Source of the DNA: Sedimentisphaeraceae bacterium JB056
GTDB taxonomy: Bacteria; Planctomycetota; Phycisphaerae; Sedimentisphaerales; Sedimentisphaeraceae
Length of the DNA: 64,000 bases
Assembly: GCA_044440125.1 (NCBI GenBank)
Contig: JBITAJ010000009.1
Location: 18,952-82,951 of the forward strand
Direction of reading: 5' to 3'
This document shows positions 57,830 through 64,000 of this stretch, piece by piece. The translations under genes and the position numbers were made by a program. Below the pieces are notes generated by a model, which saw only the letters and a program-made list of their open reading frames with translations, was not told the DNA's origin and searched no databases. Every line of letters begins with the position of its first letter. The stretch's first letter is position 1.

Positions 57830-59938
57830 ATGAGCGAATACAAAAGCCTCTTACGTAAACTTATTTTAAGTTTTTTTATCACATCGGCCCCCTTCTTCAC
57901 AAATGCTTTATCCGCAAATGACAGAGTTGTTGATACAACACTCAGTGATGAAGAGTTCTTCAGTAAACTCGACCTCAGCAATGATAAGCTCTCAGAGGTT
58001 CGTAAAGCAGTTGAAGCACAGGACAATGATGCCGCGATAAAAGCACTGGCAGATTATTTCCGCAATCGTCCGCTTAAAGGACACTGGTGGAACAAAAGCT
58101 TCGAACCGCTCGATCAAGATACAGGCCAGCAAAGCTTCGACAATACATTCATGAAGTTGTACGAAAAAAGCTCACCTTATGACCAAAAGAAATGGAACGA
58201 TGACGGCAGCTATAACTGGCTCAATTCCGGCGGCAGAGAACAGCGAATGTACTTTTTCTCAAACCTCGGCATTGCCTGGCGGCATAGCAAGGATCAAAGG
58301 GTAGTTGATGTATTCACTAATCTCTGCAATTCATGGATTGCCCAATTCCCCCAAGATAAAAAAGCCAACCCCGGCTGGACAACTCTGAGCATGGGGATAC
58401 GTCTTCGATCAGGCTGGGGAGATTCCTTTGCGGCGTTCTCAAAATCTCCGCAGTGGAACGATGAGGATATGTTCGTGTTTATAAAGTCTTTCTATGAACA
58501 GGCACACCACCTGCGGGAAAATCATTCCGCTACATCGAACTGGCTTACGTTTGAGCTTGCCGGTCTATATAGTGCGGGAATTCTGTTTCCTGAATTCAAA
58601 GAGGCTGCCGACTGGCGAAATCATTGCATTGAAATCGCTGTTGACGACATAGAACGCGGCTGGCTGCCTGATGGCGTAAGCATAGAGCTATCGTTAGGTT
58701 ACGGACAATTTTTCAGCAATTTCCTGCATATTGCTGATATGGCCGATGAGACAGGACATGCCGATGAGAAAACAGCACGACTCTCACAAGACTGCGAAAG
58801 ATTATTCACCCCCTACCTTCAGATAATGTCTCCCAACAGGTATACTCCCGCAATAAATGATAATCATGCGGTAAATGTGCCAAAGTTTCTCGATCAGGCC
58901 GCCAAAAGATATACGGACAGAAAAGATTTTCTGTGGGCCTCTACCAATGGTAAAGAAGGTGATGCCCCGAAATATCTCAGCGTTGCATTCCCTTATGCAG
59001 GATTACTGGGAATTCGCTCGGGATGGGAAAAAAATGACAACTTTCTCTGCTTCGTTGCAGGTCCGGTAGGCTACAGACACGCCCATCAAGACAAGCTGAG
59101 CATACTATTGAACGCCTATGGCCGTGATATAATATTTGATCCGGGAGCCAACGCCTACAGCGGCGGAAATAAGAATGAACTATACCAGCAATATTCATAC
59201 GATACTTTTTCCCACTCCACTGCATTAGTCGACAATCGTCCGCAAAGAAGAAAATGGTACAACAACCCGCATCCCGATTCAATGCCATACGAAGAAGTAC
59301 CGGAATTCCAGTACCAGATCAGCAATGACCGAGTATGGGCAAGAAGCTTCTACGATGAGCATTACGGGAAAGCCGGCTCAGTCGGAAATGATGCCTATCC
59401 ATACAAAGATGGAGGTAATTTCAAGCAAGACTGGACAAAACCGGCTACACATGAAAGGCAGATATTCTATATTTCGCCAGATGTATTCATTGTACAGGAT
59501 ATTTTTGTGCCGACAGACGATACAGAACACAGCTATGATGTTCGCTGGCAAATCGATTCTGTCAAAACTCAGCTGGAAAACAATATATTCTCCACAACCG
59601 ACCCCAAGCTGCCTAATCTTGCGATAGCTGCCGTCAACACTGACGGTCTGGAAACTGCGACAGTAACAGCTCAAAGTTCACCGGAAGTAATGGGCTGGAA
59701 AGTGATAGACGCCGACAAACCAGAGCCTGCAACAACACTTCGTCACATTAAGAAAGGTAAGGGAACACAAGAGTTCCTTACTCTCCTGCTTCCACTGAAG
59801 CCAGAGCAGGCCTGCCCCAAGATAGATTCACGTCAAGTCGGAGACAGAGTAATATTAAGATTTGACAGCGGCAGAATAATAACAATAGCACCGGCAGCAG
59901 GAAGAAATTCCCGACTTAGAGCTATATCAAAAAATTAA
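57830..59938 (+). CDS. Heparinase II/III family polysaccharide lyase
   Basis: Signal peptide, SNWLTFE, PDG...ELSLGY, RSGW, HAHQDKLS, HST.LVD. Confidence 0.85.
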   Translation: MSEYKSLLRKLILSFFITSAPFFTNALSANDRVVDTTLSDEEFFSKLDLSNDKLSEVRKAVEAQDNDAAIKALADYFRNRPLKGHWWNKSFEPLDQDTGQQSFDNTFMKLYEKSSPYDQKKWNDDGSYNWLNSGGREQRMYFFSNLGIAWRHSKDQRVVDVFTNLCNSWIAQFPQDKKANPGWTTLSMGIRLRSGWGDSFAAFSKSPQWNDEDMFVFIKSFYEQAHHLRENHSATSNWLTFELAGLYSAGILFPEFKEAADWRNHCIEIAVDDIERGWLPDGVSIELSLGYGQFFSNFLHIADMADETGHADEKTARLSQDCERLFTPYLQIMSPNRYTPAINDNHAVNVPKFLDQAAKRYTDRKDFLWASTNGKEGDAPKYLSVAFPYAGLLGIRSGWEKNDNFLCFVAGPVGYRHAHQDKLSILLNAYGRDIIFDPGANAYSGGNKNELYQQYSYDTFSHSTALVDNRPQRRKWYNNPHPDSMPYEEVPEFQYQISNDRVWARSFYDEHYGKAGSVGNDAYPYKDGGNFKQDWTKPATHERQIFYISPDVFIVQDIFVPTDDTEHSYDVRWQIDSVKTQLENNIFSTTDPKLPNLAIAAVNTDGLETATVTAQSSPEVMGWKVIDADKPEPATTLRHIKKGKGTQEFLTLLLPLKPEQACPKIDSRQVGDRVILRFDSGRIITIAPAAGRNSRLRAISKN

Positions 59939-59970
59939 GGCGTATAAATAAAGCAAAAAATGGAATTCTT

Positions 59971-60000
59971 TTGACTTTCCCGTGATTTTTGCTATATAAT
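59971..60000 (+). promoter_or_regulatory. Sigma70-type promoter of yebC
   Basis: TTGACT-18 bp-TATAAT. Confidence 0.55.
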
Positions 60001-60081
60001 AGCCGTTTCCCTTAACGGGCGCAAGATTATTGCGCATATCATAAAGAAGAATAACTATATTTTAATAAAGAGGTTTAATAC

Positions 60082-60834
60082 ATGGCAGGTCATTCACATT
60101 GGGCCGGAATTAAACATAAAAAGGCTGCTAACGATGCCAAAAGAGGTAAACTCTGGAGCAAAATAGCAAGACTTATCATTGTAGCGGCAAAAGCAGGCGG
60201 CGGCGATCCGGCACAGAATCTTTCCCTGCGTTATGCAATCGATAAAGGTAAAGCGGCAAATATGCCGAAAGATACCATCGAAAAGGCAATAAAGAAAGGT
60301 ACCGGCGAGCTTGGCGGCGCAAGCTACGAAGAAGTGCTTTACGAAGGTTATGCCCCCGGCGGCGTAGCGATAATGGTTGATGCCCTTACAGACAACCGCA
60401 ACAGAACCGCACCTGAAATTCGAAAGATCTTCGAGAAAAAAGGCGGTTCGATGGGTACAAGCGGCTGCGTGAACTATATGTTCAGCAAAAAAGGTGTGAT
60501 AATCGTCAGTGCTGAAAAAGCTGATGAAGAAGAGCTGATGGAACTTGCTCTTGGCGCTGGTGCCGATGACATGGTCACCGAAGACGATATCTTTGAAATA
60601 AGCTGCAGCCCTGAAGCGTATACAGAGCTCAAAAATGCGATTGATGAAGCCGGTGTTGAGGTCGAATCAGCGGAGCTTTCAATGATGCCTCAAAATACCA
60701 TTTCTGTTGATGATGCCGATGCGGCAAGAAAAATCCTTGATATGATCGACATGTTCGAGGATCAGGACGATGTGCAGAATGTTTACTCAAACTTCGACAT
60801 CCCCGACGAGATAATGGAAAAACTCGATAGATAA
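60082..60834 (+). CDS. yebC: YebC/PmpR (TACO1) family protein
   Basis: MAGHSHWAGIKHKK, YEGYAPGG, TDNRNRT, DDVQNVYSN. Confidence 0.96.
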   Translation: MAGHSHWAGIKHKKAANDAKRGKLWSKIARLIIVAAKAGGGDPAQNLSLRYAIDKGKAANMPKDTIEKAIKKGTGELGGASYEEVLYEGYAPGGVAIMVDALTDNRNRTAPEIRKIFEKKGGSMGTSGCVNYMFSKKGVIIVSAEKADEEELMELALGAGADDMVTEDDIFEISCSPEAYTELKNAIDEAGVEVESAELSMMPQNTISVDDADAARKILDMIDMFEDQDDVQNVYSNFDIPDEIMEKLDR

Positions 60835-60854
60835 CGGCATTTTTCTGAAAAATC

Positions 60855-60888
60855 AAAGCGAGGCAGCCTGAAACTGCTTCGCTTTTTT
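60855..60888 (+). terminator. Intrinsic terminator
   Basis: AAAGCGAGGCAG...CTGCTTCGCTTTTTT. Confidence 0.8.
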
Positions 60889-61013
60889 AGTTTAAACATT
60901 ATTTAAAGACAAATCACACCACTTGATGCCGTATCAAGGCTGAAAACTCATAAAAGCATTGCTGTTATCCAAAAAAATATTGACCACAGCGTCGAATAAT
61001 TGATAATATCTAT

Positions 61014-61595
61014 ATGGACAAGACAATTAACGACAATATCGATATAGAAAAGATCAAACGAGCCGTGAGGGATATACTTGAAGCGGTTGGTGAAGATCCC
61101 GATCGCGAAGGACTTCAGGAAACACCTGACCGCGTAGCAAGGATGTACAAAGAGCTCTTCAGGGGTTTGAAAGATGATCCAAGCGAACATACGAAGAAGA
61201 TATTCCACGAAAACTATAATGAAATAGTAATACTTCGTGACATATCCTTCTCAAGCACCTGCGAACACCATCTTATGCCTTTCACGGGAGTTGCTCACAT
61301 AGCCTATCTGCCCGATACCGCGATAATAGGCCTCAGCAAGCTTGCTCGAATCCTCGATTCTTTCGCCCGTCGTCCACAGGTACAGGAACGGCTTACCAAC
61401 CAGGTAGCTGATTTCCTGATGAAAAACCTCAACCCCAAGGCAGTGGCCGTAGTGATTGAGGCCACGCACACTTGCATGACCGTACGCGGGGCAATGAAGC
61501 CGGGTTCTACAATGGTAACATCTGCTCTTAGAGGCTATTTCATCAAGGATCAACGGGCAAGATCGGAAGTATTAAGCCTGATACGCGGAAATTAA
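61014..61595 (+). CDS. folE: GTP cyclohydrolase I
   Basis: [47 protein letters not shown]. Confidence 0.97.
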   Translation: MDKTINDNIDIEKIKRAVRDILEAVGEDPDREGLQETPDRVARMYKELFRGLKDDPSEHTKKIFHENYNEIVILRDISFSSTCEHHLMPFTGVAHIAYLPDTAIIGLSKLARILDSFARRPQVQERLTNQVADFLMKNLNPKAVAVVIEATHTCMTVRGAMKPGSTMVTSALRGYFIKDQRARSEVLSLIRGN

Positions 61596-61596
61596 A

Positions 61597-62388
61597 ATGC
61601 ACAGACTTACTCGTGAGATACGATTTACAATCAGCCCGTTCTCGGCGATGAGTCAGGGAAGCAATTCATACTGCTCAAAACCTGACTGTGAAGGAATGGG
61701 GCTTTTTTTCAGCATTTGGGTAGAGCTTGGCGGCAAGATAGATGCCGATACCGGATTCGTTGTCAACCTCGCCGATATCGATAAGGTGTTTCGCAAGAAT
61801 GCTGTAAAAATCTTTGATAAAGCAGTCAAAGAAGCTGCCGGAAATAAAACAGACCTTACTGTCAAAGAACTTATAAACTGTCTGTATAAATGCAGAGATG
61901 CTATTACAGGCAAATTTTTACCGGCAAAAATTCTGTCACTGACAATTAATATTAATCCTTACAGAATAGTGAAGATATTCACGGAGAATGAGAACGTGAT
62001 ACATTATAGTGAGAAATTTGAATTTGCGGCAATGCATAAGCTCTGGAACGATAGTTTCAGTGAGAATGAGAATTACGCTAAATTCGGTAAATGCGCCAAC
62101 CCTAAGGGACACGGCCACAACTATATCGTTGAGGTAACCGTTGAAATGCCGGTCGGGTCCGATTTCAAATATGGAAAATTCCAGGAAATCGTAGACCGCA
62201 ACCTGATTGAACTGCTCGACCATAAAAACCTCAATGAAGACGTAGAACACTTCAAAGACAAAAACCCAACAGTAGAAAACATAACGACTTATGGATGGGG
62301 ATGCCTTAAGGATAAATTCGACGGCGCCAAACTCAGCCAGATAACCATCTGGGAAAACGACAGAGCCTACTGCACTTATAGGCAATAG
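61597..62388 (+). CDS. Two-domain 6-pyruvoyl-tetrahydropterin synthase/QueD-family protein
   Basis: Duplicated T-fold (GFVVNLADID in the N-domain; FAAMHKL, CANPKGHGHNY, LDHKNLN, PTVENI in the C-domain). Confidence 0.85.
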   Translation: MHRLTREIRFTISPFSAMSQGSNSYCSKPDCEGMGLFFSIWVELGGKIDADTGFVVNLADIDKVFRKNAVKIFDKAVKEAAGNKTDLTVKELINCLYKCRDAITGKFLPAKILSLTININPYRIVKIFTENENVIHYSEKFEFAAMHKLWNDSFSENENYAKFGKCANPKGHGHNYIVEVTVEMPVGSDFKYGKFQEIVDRNLIELLDHKNLNEDVEHFKDKNPTVENITTYGWGCLKDKFDGAKLSQITIWENDRAYCTYRQ

Positions 62389-62451
62389 TGAATAGGCACA
62401 AGGCATTAGTCAGCCGTATTTCCTCCGAACCACGAACCGCGAACTAAAAAC
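62381..62451. repeat. 7-nt-periodic tracts, including the left copy of a 20-bp inverted repeat (62391-62410)
   Basis: ggcaata gtgaata ggcacaa ggcatta, then tccgaac cacgaac cgcgaac taaaaac. Confidence 0.65.
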
Positions 62452-62464
62452 TTATAGCAGAAAA

Positions 62465-63445
62465 ATGAAAAAAATACTAATAACAGGAGGAGCCGGCTTT
62501 ATCGGCTCACACTTGTCTGAAATTATGCTTGCCGAAAAAGCTCAGGTAACCGTACTTGATGATTTGAGCACCGGTTCACTCAGCAATATTGCCCATCTCA
62601 CCGCTGACAATAATTTCACGTTCATTGAAGACCGCGTCCAGAATACAGAATTATTAGACGAATTGGTCAAAAACTGCGACTATATTTATCATCTTGCCGC
62701 AGCGGTTGGGGTCAAGCTCATCGTCGAACAGCCGATACGCACTATCAAGACTAATATCTACGGTACAGAGGCCGTTCTTGAGGCTGCCGCGAAATACAAT
62801 AAAAAGCTTCTTATCGCATCAACAAGCGAGGTTTACGGCAAAAGCGATTCCGTGCCGTTCAGCGAAGACGATGATGTAATCTACGGAAGCACAAAATATT
62901 CCCGATGGTCATACGCATGCAGCAAGGCTATTGATGAGTTTTTGGCACTGGCGTTTTACCAGCAATATGGTCTTGAAGTCCTTGTAACACGCTTTTTCAA
63001 TACCGTCGGGCCAAGGCAAACCGGCCAATACGGCATGGTTGTGCCGAGATTCGTGCGTGCCGCCCTTGCAAATCAGCCTATAACGGTTTACGGAAGCGGA
63101 AAACAAACACGATGCTTCAGCTATGTAGGCGATGTGGTCAAGGGAGCAAAAGAACTGATGGAGTGCGGCCGGGCTTTCGGACAGGTGTTCAACCTTGGCT
63201 GCAACGAAGAAATATCGATTGAAGGATTGGCCGCAAAAATAATCCAGCTTTGCCAAAGTGAAAGCAAGGTATCCTATATGGATTACAAGCAGGCATACGG
63301 CAGGGAATTTGACGATATGATGCGAAGGGTACCCTCATTGGAAAAAGCAACCAAAACCATCGGCTATAAACCCCAATTTTCACTCGAAGACACACTTAAA
63401 GCCGTAATTGAATATGAAAAAAGTGTTAAAAGTGCAAAGAGTTGA
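62465..63445 (+). CDS. NAD-dependent nucleotide-sugar epimerase/dehydratase (extended SDR)
   Basis: ITGGAGFIGSH, HLAAAVGV, ASTSEVYG, YACSK, RFFNTVGPRQ. Confidence 0.93.
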   Translation: MKKILITGGAGFIGSHLSEIMLAEKAQVTVLDDLSTGSLSNIAHLTADNNFTFIEDRVQNTELLDELVKNCDYIYHLAAAVGVKLIVEQPIRTIKTNIYGTEAVLEAAAKYNKKLLIASTSEVYGKSDSVPFSEDDDVIYGSTKYSRWSYACSKAIDEFLALAFYQQYGLEVLVTRFFNTVGPRQTGQYGMVVPRFVRAALANQPITVYGSGKQTRCFSYVGDVVKGAKELMECGRAFGQVFNLGCNEEISIEGLAAKIIQLCQSESKVSYMDYKQAYGREFDDMMRRVPSLEKATKTIGYKPQFSLEDTLKAVIEYEKSVKSAKS

Positions 63446-63524
63446 AAAGTGTGAAAAGACAGAGAATATGGCTTACACCAATACTGAAATTCTCTGATTA
63501 CGAAAGCCTGATAGCCGAAAACCA

Positions 63525-63627
63525 TTGCGTCCATTGCGACCTTTGCGTCTATAGCGTTAAAGAAAATCCGGCCGAAGAAATATTCTAACGCAGACGACGC
63601 TAATCGACGCTAAAGACGCTATTTTTC
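63525..63627. repeat. ~100-bp imperfect palindromic repeat, copy 1
   Basis: ttgcgtcca ttgcgacct ttgcgtcta tagcgttaa - linker - taacgcaga cgacgctaat cgacgctaa agacgctat. Confidence 0.9.
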
Positions 63628-63718
63628 ATTTATCAGTTAACAATTATCAATTATCGGTTTTCGCCGTAAGTATATCTTAACATTAACTTTAACTGTATTT
63701 TTATGCTAATGCCAAGCC

Positions 63719-63738
63719 ACTAATGCCTTGTGCCTATT
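63719..63738. repeat. Right copy of the perfect 20-bp inverted repeat
   Basis: ACTAATGCCTTGTGCCTATT is the exact reverse complement of AATAGGCACAAGGCATTAGT at 62391-62410. Confidence 0.9.
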
Positions 63739-63781
63739 ATGATTGACTTGTGGTTGCCGATTATTTGATAATTTTAAACCT

Positions 63782-63882
63782 TTGCGTCTATTGCGACCCT
63801 TGCGACTATAGCGTTAAAAAAAGACTGGCGGAGGTAATTAACGCAGACGACGCAAATCGACGCTAAAGCCGCTATTTTCTAT
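63782..63882. repeat. ~100-bp imperfect palindromic repeat, copy 2
   Basis: ttgcgtcta ttgcgaccc ttgcgacta tagcgttaa - linker - taacgcaga cgacgcaaat cgacgctaa agccgctattttctat. Confidence 0.9.
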
Positions 63883-63895
63883 ATTAATTTCAAAC

Positions 63896-64000
63896 TTGCG
63901 TCTATTGCGACATTTGCGACTATAGCGTTAAAAAGAATCCGGCGGAAGGAATATTTTAACGCAGACGACGCAAATTGACGCTAAAGCCGCTATTTTCTAT
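63896..64000. repeat. ~100-bp imperfect palindromic repeat, copy 3 (ends at the window edge)
   Basis: ttgcgtcta ttgcgacat ttgcgacta tagcgttaa - linker - taacgcaga cgacgcaaat tgacgctaa agccgctattttctat. Confidence 0.9.

Noticed and set aside
63586..63930. Integron attC sites (AAC...GTT-bounded palindromes)
   Set aside because: The ends do not fit RYYYAAC/GTTRRRY exactly, the intervening pieces are short conserved linkers rather than gene cassettes, and no integrase is visible. Not fully excluded without downstream sequence.
63525..64000. CRISPR array interpretation of the terminal repeats
   Set aside because: The repeats are ~100 bp and internally periodic, the spacers are very unequal (~155 and ~13 bp), and no cas genes are in the window.

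Overview
A mostly housekeeping chromosomal segment of a low-to-moderate GC bacterium, probably a planctomycete of the Phycisphaerae/Sedimentisphaerales type. That placement is inferred from several secreted proteins ending in Trp-terminated dockerin-like motifs, an orphan dnaA, a two-gene ftsW-murG remnant, an alpha2-type GlyRS and a short MnmE-like GTPase. About 52 CDS can be supported, including metK, dnaA, murG, ftsW, lysC, hom, mutS, coaX, glyQS, folE, ppk2, an Ldt-VWA-ExbB-ExbD operon, a small polysaccharide locus, and two small genes missed by the ORF track (entericidin-like and DUF1328). No rRNA, tRNA, transposase, integrase or CRISPR-Cas was recognised. The most unusual DNA is the last ~1.6 kb. 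It holds three copies of a ~100-bp imperfect palindrome built from 9-nt TTGCG units (cut off by the window end), nested 7-nt-periodic tracts, and a perfect 20-bp inverted repeat bracketing the epimerase gene. Related periodic palindromes recur at ~7.8, 10.7 and 47.8 kb. Other notable items are a GNAT-RLAN-ATP-grasp fusion coupled to a SET-domain gene, a secreted His/Cys (DUF4347-like) protein, an MBL-rhodanese gene split at an in-frame U_UUU_UUC site, and a secreted Q/G/F/R-rich low-complexity protein. All family calls come from motif recognition by eye; no database searches were run.
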